Assembly: GCA_029974925.1 (NCBI GenBank)
Contig: JARKQH010000093.1
Coordinates: forward strand, 8,975 to 72,974
DNA length: 64,000 nt
Reading direction: 5' to 3'
From: Verrucomicrobiota bacterium
GTDB taxonomy: Bacteria; Verrucomicrobiota; Verrucomicrobiia; Limisphaerales; UBA8199
In this document: positions 16,232-26,841 of the stretch, one piece after another
How the letters are laid out: every line of letters starts with the position of its first letter
Numbering within the stretch: position 1 is the stretch's first letter
Notes under the pieces: model-generated
What the model saw: only the letters and a program-made list of their open reading frames with translations
The model's database searches: none
What the model was told of the DNA's origin: nothing
Position numbers and translations under genes: made by a program

Positions 16232-17692
16232 ATGTCAAGCGACTCCCTGCTTTGCCACCCCGTCTGGCGCGCCGACCAGTTGGGGAAGCCCATTCCCGAC
16301 TCGCCGCATGCGGTTTCGATGGCCCTGCCCCGCTGGCAGGATGTTGTGGATTACGAGGAGAAGACCCCGGCCATTCAAGAGTTCGTCAAGACGGGCTATC
16401 CCCGGTTTGTCGTGCACCCGCTGGTGCGGGAGTTGGGCCGGCGCGTTGGGGGGGACCGAACCTGTCTGCCGTTTCCGTCCCCGTCCGCGGCGAGGCTCGC
16501 AGCCGCGTACGTGAATCGGGCCAGCCGGGCGCCCGCTGAGGCGGTTTCGCGCGAGGGGGTCTGGGGCGTGATCACCACGGCGGAGGGAAGCGTCGCGCTC
16601 AAGGATTTCTGGCAGCATACCGGGTTGATCGTGTCCTCACGCCAGGCCGAAGCTTGTCTGGCCGGCCGGCGGGCGAAGCCGGAGGACGACGAGCCGCGCC
16701 GCGTCCTGCGCCGGCATCTGGCCGGGTGGTATGATTGCGCCGAGGACGATGTGTTCCTCACGCCAACGGGAATGGCAGCGCAGTTCCGCGCCTTGCAGGC
16801 GGTAAGGCGGCGCTGCCCCGACCGGCCAACGGTCCAATTGGGGTTCCCTTATGTGGACACGCTCAAGTTGCAGCAAAAGCTGGGGGACGGGGGCATTCTC
16901 CTCTACAATCTGGAACGCATTGAGGCGGATTTGAAGTCGCTCCTGGAGCGAGAGCCTGTCGCAGCCTGCTTTGGGGAAATTCCCGGCAATCCCTTGCTCG
17001 GTTCGGCGGACCTCCGCCGCATCAGTCCCATCATTCGCAAAGCCCGCGTCCCGCTGGTGGCCGACGACGTCGTCGCCACTCCGGCCAACGTGGACCTCGC
17101 TCCTTACGCGGACCTGGTGGCCACCAGTTTGACCAAGTTCGTGGTGGGCACGGCGGAGGCCATGGGCGGCGCGGTCATTTGCAATCCGCGCTCCCCGTTG
17201 CATGGTGAACTCAAAGCGATCCTGCGGGAACAACACGAAGACCTTCTGTGGGGCGAGGACGCTGCCGTCATCGAGGTCCAGGCGCGCGGTTTTGTGGAGC
17301 GGATGCGGCGGCACAACGCCAGCGGGTTGCTGTTAGCCGAGCGGCTCCGGCGTCATCCGGCGATTGCGCGGGTGTGGTATCCCAAATGGGAGTTTAGCGA
17401 GGCGTATGAAGCCGTGCGGCGTCCCGACGGCGGCTGGGGCGCGCTGATCACCTTCCTGCCGGGCGATGCCCCGTCCCGCTCCCCGGCCATTTACAACCGT
17501 CTGGAGGTCTGCAAAGGGCCCAGCCTCGGAACCGCTTTCACCCTCGCCTGTCCGTTCACGTTGCTGGCCCACTACACCGAATTGGATTGGGCCGAGTCCT
17601 GCGGCGTGTCCCGTTACCTCATCCGTATTTCCGTCGGGCTCGAGGACCCCGAGGACCTGTGGCGCCGGATCGAGTCCGCGCTGGCAGTCTAA
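16232..17692 (+). CDS. PLP-dependent transferase, long Cys/Met-family form (Str2-like cystathionine gamma-synthase-like)
   Basis: 486 aa, starting 3 nt after the previous stop. [29 protein letters not shown] (PLP Lys) and [20 protein letters not shown], plus a ~170-aa N-terminal extension. Confidence 0.7.
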   Translation: MSSDSLLCHPVWRADQLGKPIPDSPHAVSMALPRWQDVVDYEEKTPAIQEFVKTGYPRFVVHPLVRELGRRVGGDRTCLPFPSPSAARLAAAYVNRASRAPAEAVSREGVWGVITTAEGSVALKDFWQHTGLIVSSRQAEACLAGRRAKPEDDEPRRVLRRHLAGWYDCAEDDVFLTPTGMAAQFRALQAVRRRCPDRPTVQLGFPYVDTLKLQQKLGDGGILLYNLERIEADLKSLLEREPVAACFGEIPGNPLLGSADLRRISPIIRKARVPLVADDVVATPANVDLAPYADLVATSLTKFVVGTAEAMGGAVICNPRSPLHGELKAILREQHEDLLWGEDAAVIEVQARGFVERMRRHNASGLLLAERLRRHPAIARVWYPKWEFSEAYEAVRRPDGGWGALITFLPGDAPSRSPAIYNRLEVCKGPSLGTAFTLACPFTLLAHYTELDWAESCGVSRYLIRISVGLEDPEDLWRRIESALAV

Positions 17693-18486
17693 TTCCAGTA
17701 CTGGCGAACCCCCGCCTGCACCCGGTCGTAATCGGGCCGCTCTTCGGGCGGGACCGGCTTGGGCCAGCCGTTGAAATACTTTGGGTATTTCCAGCGCCAG
17801 CGTTCGGCATGACCGTCGGCAAAGGAGAGACAGGCACCCTGGTTGTGTCGGTTGGCGGGAACGTCCCACCAGTTGTTGGCCCCTGGGAACCGTTCTGCCG
17901 TGGGAATTCCGAAGTGCGCGTCCAGGATTTCGTCCTCATGCACATCCAGAAAGACAAACAACTGGTCGGTGCCGGGGCGGTTGATTTGGGTGAACTTCTG
18001 GAAGCTGGGCATGAGGCTGTTGTTGAACCAGTCAAAATCGGGCCAGCCGTTGACCGCTTGAGACATGTTGTAGCTGCGGGTGCGGAGCTGGGAAAGTTTT
18101 TTGCCCGAACCATCCTCCACTGTGGACCGGTCCGCCGGACAATGATAAATGGCAACCGAGCGGTTATAGGGGAACAGCAGCCCTTGTTCGATGTTGGTGG
18201 TCGAGGTGTCGGTGCGGGTCACCCCGAGGCACCAGGACGCGCCTCGCAGCAGTTCGGTCGGGGTCGTGCCAATGGCATAGACGGAGTTGTTGGGGGGAAG
18301 GCGGTCCTGGTAGTCGGAGGTGTAAAGCTGCCAGCAGGTTTGCAGTTGCTTCAGGTTGTTCAGGCAGGAGACCGTGGCCGCTTGCTGCTTGCTGCGGCTG
18401 AGGGCAGGCAGCAAAAGCGCCGCCAGAATGGCAATAATGGCGATGACGACCAGCAGCTCAATCAAGGTGAAGCCGCTCGTTTTCAT
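17689..18486 (-). CDS. prepilin-type N-terminal cleavage/methylation protein, DUF1559 (H-X9-DG) family
   Basis: [29 protein letters not shown] (class III signal) with C-terminal [13 protein letters not shown]. The start is taken at the internal Met (18486). The stop overlaps the convergent PLP gene stop. Confidence 0.85.
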   Translation of the reverse strand: MKTSGFTLIELLVVIAIIAILAALLLPALSRSKQQAATVSCLNNLKQLQTCWQLYTSDYQDRLPPNNSVYAIGTTPTELLRGASWCLGVTRTDTSTTNIEQGLLFPYNRSVAIYHCPADRSTVEDGSGKKLSQLRTRSYNMSQAVNGWPDFDWFNNSLMPSFQKFTQINRPGTDQLFVFLDVHEDEILDAHFGIPTAERFPGANNWWDVPANRHNQGACLSFADGHAERWRWKYPKYFNGWPKPVPPEERPDYDRVQAGVRQYWN

Positions 18487-18692
18487 CCGCGCCGCGCCTG
18501 TTTCCGCTCTTTCCACGTTCACACGTCAACCGGTGTTCTTTGATATTCTACACCAAGTCCGCGCTCGCGCCAGCCGTGCCAGCAAGGGGCGGTTGGGAGG
18601 CCGGGGCCAGCACCGTGCGGGGGGCGCCGCCGAATGCGGGCCGGAAGCCCCGGCTTGAGCAAACCGCCGCAGGCCCTACACTGGGGTGTGGA

Positions 18693-19223
18693 ATGAAAAC
18701 CGACCCGCAAATTTTCCAGGACATGGACGCGCCGACGCTGCGAAGTTACATAGACTTCTTCCTGCGCCATTACCGGGTGATGGATGCCTTTTGGTTCATC
18801 TACCTGAGCGAGCGCTTCGGGCAGGAAGCGGCCGAGCAAATCAATGAAAAAGTCTGGGGACGGGTGGGAGGGCTGGCGGCCCGGGACCTGGCCGCCCGCT
18901 TTGGCATTCGGGACCGGGGCCTCCGCGGCTTGGTCGAGGTGCTGCGATACTATCCCTGGAGCCTGCTTATTGGATATGAAATCGAGGAACGGGACGACGA
19001 GGTGATACTGTCGGTGCCCGTCTGCCCGGTGCAGGAGGCGCGGTTGAAGCGGGGCTTGGGCGAATATGCCTGCCGGGCCATGCACGAGGCGGAGTTCCGC
19101 AGCATTGCGACCGCGGTGGACGACCGCATCCAGGTTGAGTGCCGGTTCGCGCCGCCCGGACCGCACCCGCCCGAGATGTATTGCCAATGGCGTTTTACCT
19201 GCCCTTGCGCGGGTCAAACTTGA
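18693..19223 (+). CDS. DUF6125-like (ATC-hydrolase-like) protein
   Basis: 176 aa starting at MKTDPQIF. VCPVQEARLKRGLGEYACRAMHEAEF...VECRFAPPGPHPPEMYCQWRF resembles DUF6125 family members as I recall them. Confidence 0.5.
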   Translation: MKTDPQIFQDMDAPTLRSYIDFFLRHYRVMDAFWFIYLSERFGQEAAEQINEKVWGRVGGLAARDLAARFGIRDRGLRGLVEVLRYYPWSLLIGYEIEERDDEVILSVPVCPVQEARLKRGLGEYACRAMHEAEFRSIATAVDDRIQVECRFAPPGPHPPEMYCQWRFTCPCAGQT

Positions 19224-19271
19224 TATCGCCATTGCGCCCGGTCTGCTGAAAGGTTATGAAAGCCCGGGGCG

Positions 19272-20285
19272 ATGGCCGTCAGCCACTCCGCCGACCGCAC
19301 CAAGCAAATGCCTGTGATTGAAGTCAACGGCCTGACGAAGGTGTTCCGCACCTATCGCAAGCAACCCGGCTTTACCGGAGCCCTCAAGGGCCTGTTTCGG
19401 CGGCAGTATGAACAGCTCGAGGCCGTCAAACAGGTCAGCTTTAACATTGAGGCGGGCGAGCTGGTCGGTTTTCTGGGGCCCAACGGCGCCGGAAAGACGA
19501 CCACGCTCAAGATGCTGTCGGGGCTGTTGTATCCGACCAGCGGCATGGCCCGGGTGCTGGGCTATGTCCCGTGGGAGCGCCGGGATGGCTATCGGCGGCA
19601 GTTCGCCTTGCTGTTGGGCCAAAAGAACCAGTTATGGTGGGACCTCCCGGCCCGGGAATCGTTCGAACTCAACGCCGAGATTTACGGCATCTCGCGCGCC
19701 GACAGGGACCGGCGGGTCGGGGAGATGAGCGAGCTGCTTGGAGTTCGGGACAAGCTGAATGTCAGTGTGCGGGAGTTGTCACTGGGGGAACGCACCAAGA
19801 TGGAATTGATTGCGGCGCTGCTGCATGAGCCCAAGGTGTTGTTTCTCGACGAGCCCACCATCGGCCTGGATGTGGTCTCGCAAAAGACGGTTCGCGAATT
19901 CCTGCGGGAACACAATGCGCGGCGGCACACCACCATCCTCCTGACCAGCCACTACATGGCCGACATCGAAGCGTTGTGCAAGCGGGTGATCATCATTGAC
20001 CACGGCACCATCTTCTTCGATGGCCTGCTGAGCGAAGTGGTGGACCGTTTTGCGGACTCGAAATTGGTGCGCATCCAATGTGACGCGTCGGCCGAGTGCC
20101 CTGCCGAAAGCCTCGCGCGGTATGGCGAAGTGGTTGAGCGGACACCCGGCAGCATCCAGCTTCGCGTAAAGCGGGAGCGGGTGATCGCCGTGTGCAAGGC
20201 CCTGCTGGACGAGTTACCCGTCACTGATATTGACATCCAGGAGGTGCCCATCGAGGAAGTCATCCGGCGCATTTTTGCCCGGTAG
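19272..20285 (+). CDS. ABC transporter ATP-binding protein (no cognate permease adjacent)
   Basis: Walker A GPNGAGKTTT, signature LSLGERTKM and Walker B LFLDEPTIGLD, plus a ~100-aa C-terminal accessory domain. The start is possibly MPVIEV (19311). Confidence 0.85.
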   Translation: MAVSHSADRTKQMPVIEVNGLTKVFRTYRKQPGFTGALKGLFRRQYEQLEAVKQVSFNIEAGELVGFLGPNGAGKTTTLKMLSGLLYPTSGMARVLGYVPWERRDGYRRQFALLLGQKNQLWWDLPARESFELNAEIYGISRADRDRRVGEMSELLGVRDKLNVSVRELSLGERTKMELIAALLHEPKVLFLDEPTIGLDVVSQKTVREFLREHNARRHTTILLTSHYMADIEALCKRVIIIDHGTIFFDGLLSEVVDRFADSKLVRIQCDASAECPAESLARYGEVVERTPGSIQLRVKRERVIAVCKALLDELPVTDIDIQEVPIEEVIRRIFAR

Positions 20286-20464
20286 CGCGGGACAAGACGC
20301 CTGCGCGGGCAGGAACGCGGCCGTCGCCGGACGCAGGATGGAGGCGTTGAGCGGGGATCGCCGGCTTGGTGGTGCGGCAACGCGGCCGCTGCCGTCCGGG
20401 TGCGGGGCGGGACCGCCCGCAAGCGGGGGGACTGCCGGCCTTCTGTTTTTTTGGCGCGAATCCG

Positions 20465-21772
20465 CTACTCGTGGCGCAGGGCCTCGATCGGGTCCAGTTT
20501 TGCCGCTGCCTTGGCCGGATACAGGCCGAAAATGATGCCGACAGCTCCGGAGATGCTGAACGCCAGGAGGACCGACCATGGGGTCACAATGGTCTTCATG
20601 GTGGTGAGGGAGGAGACCAGAATGGGCACCAAAATGCCCACCATCACTCCAATCAAGCCGCCGCCGACCGAAAGCACCACGGTCTCGACGAGGAACTGGA
20701 GGGTGATGTCACTCCGTTTCGCGCCCAAGGCCCGCCGGATGCCGATTTCCCGCGTTCGTTCGGTGACGGTGGCGAGCATGATGTTCATGATGCCGATGCC
20801 GCCGACGAGGAGAGAGATGGCGGCGATGGAGCCCAGCACGATGCTGAAAATTCGCTTGGTTTGTTCCGCCTGCCGCAACAGTTGAAGGGGAACAATGATT
20901 TCGTAGTCGTTCTGGTCGTGGAACCGGCCCAGGAGGGTTTTGATTTGCGGGTCCGCGGTTTCCACCGCCGCGGTATCGCGCATCTGGACAGTAATTTGGT
21001 GCAATTGCACCTCCTCGGCCTCGAAGCTGCCGGCGCTCCGGCGGATGAGGATTTCGCCGAACCGGGTGCGCGAGGTGCTGAGGGGAATGTAAACGTTGTT
21101 GTCCAGCGGCTGGCCCTCCATCTTGCCGGCCTGGGTTCGTTGCTCGGGCTGGCTCCGCTCCTGGATAATGCCAATGACGCGGTAATAGAAGGTATCTATC
21201 CGCACGCTATGCTCGAGGGGGTCCTGAATCGGAAACAGGCGGCGGGCCAGGCCGGTGGTGATGACGCAGACATTTTCCTGATGCTGCTCGTCCATCGGCG
21301 CCAGAAACCGCCCGCGCACCACCTCCGCCCCTCCCACCTCGGGATAAAATGGCAGGGTGCCGATCACCTGGCAGGGGACTTCGTTTTGGGCGAAGCGGAC
21401 ATTTTCGCGAATGATGCGCATGGGCAGCAACCGGACCACGCCGGGGATGGTGGTCATCAGCCGGCCGCTGTCGGCGTAGGTCAACCCGTATTTGAGCTGC
21501 ATGCCGCGCGGGCCGCCCATGCCCTGCTGTCGCGCCTGTTCCGGCGGTTTCAGGCTGCGAATGAGAATGTTGTTGCTGCCCAACTTCTTGATGGCCTCCT
21601 GCGCCTCGTACGACGCTCCTTCGCCGATGGCCAGCATCGCGATCACCGAGCACACGCCGAAGATGATCCCCAGCATGGTGAGGGACGAGCGCAGTTTGTG
21701 GAGCAGGAGGCTCTTGATGCCCAGCCGAACCGTGATGACGAACTGGTAGGGAACAATGAGCCGTTTCAGCAT
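20465..21772 (-). CDS. ABC transporter permease, MacB/FtsX family
   Basis: 435 aa. An N-terminal TM segment, a large periplasmic domain, then the C-terminal FtsX 3-TM block ([17 protein letters not shown]...). Confidence 0.85.
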   Translation of the reverse strand: MLKRLIVPYQFVITVRLGIKSLLLHKLRSSLTMLGIIFGVCSVIAMLAIGEGASYEAQEAIKKLGSNNILIRSLKPPEQARQQGMGGPRGMQLKYGLTYADSGRLMTTIPGVVRLLPMRIIRENVRFAQNEVPCQVIGTLPFYPEVGGAEVVRGRFLAPMDEQHQENVCVITTGLARRLFPIQDPLEHSVRIDTFYYRVIGIIQERSQPEQRTQAGKMEGQPLDNNVYIPLSTSRTRFGEILIRRSAGSFEAEEVQLHQITVQMRDTAAVETADPQIKTLLGRFHDQNDYEIIVPLQLLRQAEQTKRIFSIVLGSIAAISLLVGGIGIMNIMLATVTERTREIGIRRALGAKRSDITLQFLVETVVLSVGGGLIGVMVGILVPILVSSLTTMKTIVTPWSVLLAFSISGAVGIIFGLYPAKAAAKLDPIEALRHE

Positions 21773-22557
21773 GAGGCCCCCCGTCCGTTGCCCCCCGACC
21801 GGGCCGCCGGTGGCAACTGGTCTATGTCCTGGTCCACCAGCCCGTCTTTCATCCGCACCACACGGTGGGCCCGCGCGGCGACTTTGTCGTCATGCGTGAC
21901 CAGGATGATGGTCTTGCCAGCCTCGTTCAGCCGTGAGATGAGGTCCAAGACCTCGGCACCGGTGCGCGAGTCCAGGTTGCCGGTGGGTTCGTCGGCTAGA
22001 ATCATCAACGGGTCATTGACCAGGGAGCGGGCCACGGCGACGCGTTGTTGTTGTCCGCCGGAAAGCTGGGTTGGCCGGTGGTGCAGGCGGTCGCCCAGTC
22101 CGACCAGTCGAGCCAGCTCGACACACCGGTCATACGTCGCTTTCAGGTCCACCCCTCGATAGAAGAGCGGGACCTGGATGTTTTCGATCACCGTCAATTG
22201 TGCGATGAGGTTGTAGGACTGAAAAATGAAGCCGATGCGCCGGCCGCGGGCTTCGGACAACTCATCGTCGCTCATTCGCGAGACATCCTCTCCTCCAAGC
22301 CAATAGCGGCCGGCGGTCGGACGGTCCAAACAGCCGAGGATGTTGAGCATGGTGGATTTGCCCGAGCCCGACGGGCCCATGATCGCGACAAACGAACCCT
22401 CCTCGATGGACAGGTCCACGCCCGCCAAGGCTCGCACGATGTTCTCGCCCCCGAGGAAGTAGGTCTTTTCGATCCGTTCCAGACGGATGATGCTGTTGTC
22501 GCCGGGCGGGGGCGGCGGCACCGGGGCAGGCTGGCCGGCTTGCGCTTGCATGGGCAT
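21766..22557 (-). CDS. ABC transporter ATP-binding protein, MacB/LolD type
   Basis: [38 protein letters not shown]. Overlaps the permease gene by 7 nt. Confidence 0.9.
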   Translation of the reverse strand: MPMQAQAGQPAPVPPPPPGDNSIIRLERIEKTYFLGGENIVRALAGVDLSIEEGSFVAIMGPSGSGKSTMLNILGCLDRPTAGRYWLGGEDVSRMSDDELSEARGRRIGFIFQSYNLIAQLTVIENIQVPLFYRGVDLKATYDRCVELARLVGLGDRLHHRPTQLSGGQQQRVAVARSLVNDPLMILADEPTGNLDSRTGAEVLDLISRLNEAGKTIILVTHDDKVAARAHRVVRMKDGLVDQDIDQLPPAARSGGNGRGASC

Positions 22558-22563
22558 GAACTG

Positions 22564-24615
22564 TCAACGCGGCGGCGCCTCGGGTGAACGACGGCCACCC
22601 TCCTCCGGGGCCCCGGCCCGGCCACCGCCGGCCTCGCCCTCCGGACCGGACCGCTCCCCTCCGCCCCGGGGACCGCGTCCACCAAACCTCGCCCGCAAAG
22701 CCGCGCGCTCCTCTTCATCCAGTTCCCCGTCGCCATTCTTGTCGAACTGGCGCAGCATTTCCTCGCGGCTGAGTCGTCCGGGACCGGCGTTGGTGCCGCT
22801 TGGGCCGAAGCCCCCCTGGGCAAAACGCGCCGCCATGGCGGTTCGCATCGCCTCACGCTCCGTTTCATCCAGTTGCCCGTCGCTGTTCCGGTCGAATTGT
22901 TTCAGCATTTCCTCCGGGTTGAAGCCGCCCCGACGTCCGGGCCCCGCAGCGCCGTTGGGCCCGCCAGCGGCCACCGTTTCCGCTCCCTCACCGTTCGGAG
23001 GGCGGTCCGGCCCGCGGACGGACAGGTCAGCGCGCGGGGGCGGGACGTTGGTGGACAGGGTCGCTTTCTCGGCATCGGCCAAGACGCCCCGTTCGAGGTC
23101 TTTTTCCTGGGTATCGAACGGCGGCGAGAGCAGGACGCGCTCGCCTTCGTTCAGGCCACGGGTAATCTCGATGAACTTTGTGTTGTAGAGTCCGATCTCG
23201 ACCGGCTTGGGTTCGAAGCGGCCGCCTTTGGCAACATAAACCGCCTGCGTGCCGCGATAGCTGGTCACCGCCTGAATCGGCACCGACAGGGTGTTGGCGA
23301 TGTTGGTGACAATAATCTCGGCGCGAGCGGACACGCCCGGCTTCACGTTCGGAATGGTGTCGGTCAGGAAAATCTCGGTGTTATAGACTTTGAGGTTCGG
23401 GTTGCCCCAACGGCTTTGGGTGTCCGGCAGCGGGGCCACGCGCTCCACCACCCCCCGGTAGCGCTGGTCCGGCGCGGAATCCAGCATGACATAGGCCGGA
23501 AGGCCGGGCCGGATCATGTTCACGTGCGATTCATGGATTTTCACCGTGACTTTCATGCGGGACAGGTCCGGCAGTTTGATGAGCTCCTGCCGGTTTCGAA
23601 CCACCGCCCCGCCTTCGATGAGGGATTCGCTACTGAAGCGGTTCTCGCTGACCTGATACACCACCAAACCGTCCTGGGGCGCCACAATGCGGGTGGCCTC
23701 GAGGTTCTTGCGGTCGCGTTTGAGCTTCTCCTCGTTCAACGCCAGCGTGTTGAGCTGGGTGGCCAGATCGGCCTCGTACTGGGCCATTTTCCGGCGGTTC
23801 TGGTTCACCACGCGCTCCAGCTCCTCCTCGGCCTGGCGGACATCGGCCTCGTATTTCTCGCGGCTCTTGACCGAGTCGAAATTCTGCAGCAGCCAGAGGG
23901 TGTTGGTGGCCACGGTGAGGGCATTGAGGCTGTTGAGAACTGCCAGCCAGTCGCTGGCGGCCTTCTGCTTGGTTTCATACCCTTTGGCGGCGAGGTTGGT
24001 CGAGTTGCGGTAGGTATCGAGGTTGACGGCCAGTTGGGCCTCGGCCTGGACCACCCGGTTGCTGGCTTCGATGAGGTCCACCAGGCGCTGGCCCTGCTCG
24101 TATTTTTCACGGTCAATTTTGGCGAACTTGACCTTGAGGACGGCGGCGAGGTAATCGCTGTTGGTGGCGCTCTTTTGGATTTCGAGCTGGGCTTGCGCCT
24201 GTTCGACGGCGAACTTGGCCTTTTCGTAGGCGATCTGCTGCTGGTTGACCTGGTCCTGCGCCTGGGCGGAATCCAGCTCGACCAGCAGGTCGCCCTTCTT
24301 GACGTAGGTGCCTTCGGGCACGATCCAGATGATGCGGGCGGTTCCCTCGACCTCGTTGCGAATGCTGATCTCGCTGACCGCCGCCAACGTTCCCCCTTCG
24401 ACCACGGTCACGGTGAAATCGCCGCGCTTGACCTCATAGAATTCGGTGGCACTGGTCTTCCGACTGGCGGGCCGCAGCAGAAGGAACAAGCCCAGCGCCA
24501 TCCCCGCCACCACCAACAGGGACAGGAGGGGACGGCGTTTAAGCCAGCCGAGCAGGCCGTTGCCGGCGCCGGCCGGAGGGGGAGAGGTAGTCATGGGAGT
24601 GGAACTGGGTTTCAT
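22564..24615 (-). CDS. HlyD/MacA-family periplasmic adaptor with C-terminal double EF-hand extension
   Basis: 683 aa: N-terminal TM, lipoyl-like and long coiled-coil regions, a beta-barrel, then a Gly/Pro-rich ~170-aa tail. The tail contains DRNSDGQLDETE (22858-22893) and DKNGDGELDEEE (22708-22743). Confidence 0.85.
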   Translation of the reverse strand: MKPSSTPMTTSPPPAGAGNGLLGWLKRRPLLSLLVVAGMALGLFLLLRPASRKTSATEFYEVKRGDFTVTVVEGGTLAAVSEISIRNEVEGTARIIWIVPEGTYVKKGDLLVELDSAQAQDQVNQQQIAYEKAKFAVEQAQAQLEIQKSATNSDYLAAVLKVKFAKIDREKYEQGQRLVDLIEASNRVVQAEAQLAVNLDTYRNSTNLAAKGYETKQKAASDWLAVLNSLNALTVATNTLWLLQNFDSVKSREKYEADVRQAEEELERVVNQNRRKMAQYEADLATQLNTLALNEEKLKRDRKNLEATRIVAPQDGLVVYQVSENRFSSESLIEGGAVVRNRQELIKLPDLSRMKVTVKIHESHVNMIRPGLPAYVMLDSAPDQRYRGVVERVAPLPDTQSRWGNPNLKVYNTEIFLTDTIPNVKPGVSARAEIIVTNIANTLSVPIQAVTSYRGTQAVYVAKGGRFEPKPVEIGLYNTKFIEITRGLNEGERVLLSPPFDTQEKDLERGVLADAEKATLSTNVPPPRADLSVRGPDRPPNGEGAETVAAGGPNGAAGPGRRGGFNPEEMLKQFDRNSDGQLDETEREAMRTAMAARFAQGGFGPSGTNAGPGRLSREEMLRQFDKNGDGELDEEERAALRARFGGRGPRGGGERSGPEGEAGGGRAGAPEEGGRRSPEAPPR

Positions 24616-26384
24616 GATGCAGGCTCCAGAAATTGTTGCGGGGGCAGGACCCGGTCGTCGGGCATGCGCAAGGGGGGCGCGCCGCGTTGTTCGGGCTTGA
24701 GCAGCGTTTCCAGCGGGTCCAGCAGCCAGAACTTTTCCGGCCGGATGTCAATCACCCCAAGGTCCACCAGCAACCCCAGCCGGTCGGCCAGGTAGGAGGC
24801 GTAAATGTTCGCCAACTGGTTTTGGGCGTTGATGAGGTTGTCCTGCGACTCGCGAACATCGCGGATTGTCGCCCGGCCGGCCTCCAGCAGCATGAGGTTG
24901 TTCTCGACGCGCCGTTCGGCCACGCGCAGCGACTCGACCCCGTTAAGGTAATTGAGGCGGGCCTGTTCAATGGCCCGCAGGCCGGCGTCAATGCGCTCCT
25001 TGTACTGGTCCAGCGTGAGCGCGAGCGACCGGAGCTGGGCTTCGAAATTGATCAAGGCGTTCCGGTAATCGTTCCGTTTCAGCAGCCGGTCCAGCGGCAA
25101 ATCCAGCCGGATGCCGGCGTTGTACCGGATTTTTTGGGGCTCAAAGTGCGCGTAATCGTCCGGGGGCTCGGACTCGACGGAGCCGCTGGCGAAAAAGTTG
25201 ACATCGGCGCGAAGCTGATCCGCGGCGATCCGCACCTTGCGCTTGCTGTCCTCGAACTGGTCAATGGCATTGAGCACCTCCATCTGGCGCTCCAGGCAGA
25301 TTTGAAAAGCCGCGTCGCGGTCAACCTCGACGGGAATCAGGCCGGCCTGGATGAGTTCCTTCAGGTCCTTGTCCTCCAGGTACACCTGCTCGGCAATCGG
25401 CAGGCCCAGCCGCAGCTTGAAATTGTCCAGGGCCGTCAGGAACGAAGCCAGCGAGTTGATGTAGTCCCGCCGCGCCCCGAGCTCCGCCGTCCGCGCGTCG
25501 TCCACGTTGCTTTCGCGCTCCCGGTCCACGGCCCGGGCCTGGAGATAGCGGGTGGTCTCCACCCGGTTGGTATAGTTCCGGTAGTTGTTCCGGACGATGT
25601 CCTTCTGCGTCACCAGGCGGAAATAGGCGCTGACGGTGTCCACGGCAAACTGCTGCTGGTAGAGGCTGAAGGAGCGAACCTCATACACCACGTTGCGTTC
25701 CGCCTGGGTCAGGTTCTCGACCGCCGGGTTGTTGATTCCGAAACCCCGCAACAGGGGCTGCGACAGGTTCACCGACAGGAAACTGATGGCCGTGTTGCGG
25801 GCCGACCGCGACCCGCCGGACCCGGCGGTGAACTGCGTGAAATAACGAACGAGGTCATTGCCGAGCGCGGCGGTTAGTTTGCCGCCGCTCTTGAGCAACT
25901 GGCTCACGCTGACCTGGCTGCTGACCGAGCCGACGTCGGAGCCCTCGCCCGAGCCGCTGATGGCCGCCTCGCTGGTCGCGGTGAAGGCGGGGCCAAACTC
26001 GTAGCGGCGCCCCGTCAGTGTGAGGGCGCGGAGGTAAAGCTGTTCTTTGCGCGTCTGATATTCCCGGCTGTTCTTGAAAGCCAGGTCCAGGGCCTCTGCC
26101 AGATTGATGACCCGCAGGTTCGTGGCGTTCCGGTCGGCAATGATTTCCGCCGGCAAAATCGTGGCGGGGTCCCGATGGGAATACACCGTATCAATCGTAA
26201 ACGCGTTGGTGCGCCCGAAAATCTGGCGCTCCACTTGTTGGAGAATTCCGTAAACTTCCTTGTCCGCCGACTTGCGATAATGTTTCGCGCTGCAGCCACA
26301 CAACACCACCAGCCCGCCCATCAGCCATAAAAGACAATGGGCGGCCGCCTTGCCACTGCGATGTCCGAACCGACCAGATTCCAT
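24612..26384 (-). CDS. TolC-family outer membrane efflux protein (lipoprotein-type N-terminus)
   Basis: 590 aa. Signal plus VVLCGC lipobox-like site and two repeated OEP halves rich in coiled-coil segments. Overlaps the adaptor gene by 4 nt. Confidence 0.8.
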   Translation of the reverse strand: MESGRFGHRSGKAAAHCLLWLMGGLVVLCGCSAKHYRKSADKEVYGILQQVERQIFGRTNAFTIDTVYSHRDPATILPAEIIADRNATNLRVINLAEALDLAFKNSREYQTRKEQLYLRALTLTGRRYEFGPAFTATSEAAISGSGEGSDVGSVSSQVSVSQLLKSGGKLTAALGNDLVRYFTQFTAGSGGSRSARNTAISFLSVNLSQPLLRGFGINNPAVENLTQAERNVVYEVRSFSLYQQQFAVDTVSAYFRLVTQKDIVRNNYRNYTNRVETTRYLQARAVDRERESNVDDARTAELGARRDYINSLASFLTALDNFKLRLGLPIAEQVYLEDKDLKELIQAGLIPVEVDRDAAFQICLERQMEVLNAIDQFEDSKRKVRIAADQLRADVNFFASGSVESEPPDDYAHFEPQKIRYNAGIRLDLPLDRLLKRNDYRNALINFEAQLRSLALTLDQYKERIDAGLRAIEQARLNYLNGVESLRVAERRVENNLMLLEAGRATIRDVRESQDNLINAQNQLANIYASYLADRLGLLVDLGVIDIRPEKFWLLDPLETLLKPEQRGAPPLRMPDDRVLPPQQFLEPAS

Positions 26385-26841
26385 GCGTCATTCAACAAAC
26401 AAACCGTTTGATGTCGAACCCGACTCTTAACCTACCAAGCCCGGGGCGCGAATGCACTTCTTTTCGCGACCGAACGCCGCGATGCTCTTTCTGACGCACC
26501 ACACCAGCGCAAAATTCGGTTGAATTGCACCTCCATGCGCCCGACGGCTCTGATTGAGGGGCCGGTGGGCGGCGCACACCAACACGATATGCCCCACCCC
26601 GCGGGCTCTGCCATCGGCCGCCGCGACGGGCGGCCACCCTCACCCGCTGCCCCGGCGCCTCGGCAGCGCCGCTTTGCCATCGTCCGCTTCGGGCAGGTCC
26701 TGCGACTCGCGGCGCGAAGACCGGTTGCTCGCGTCAATTTTTTTACTGGCGGATGCTCGCGCAAGCCGGGCGCCCTTCTGGGGCCGGCGGGAGAGTGGGA
26801 GCGGCATTTACTTTCCGCGCCCCGGCTGTTACAAAAAGGCT

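Noticed and set aside
20286-20464. T7 run (20444-20450) preceded by GC-rich imperfect stems, a possible terminator for the orphan ABC ATPase
   Set aside because: The stems immediately upstream are short or mismatched (GCGGG-accg-CCCGC; CCGCCCGC-aa-GCGGGGGG), and the T-run is ~160 nt after the stop. This is too weak to call.
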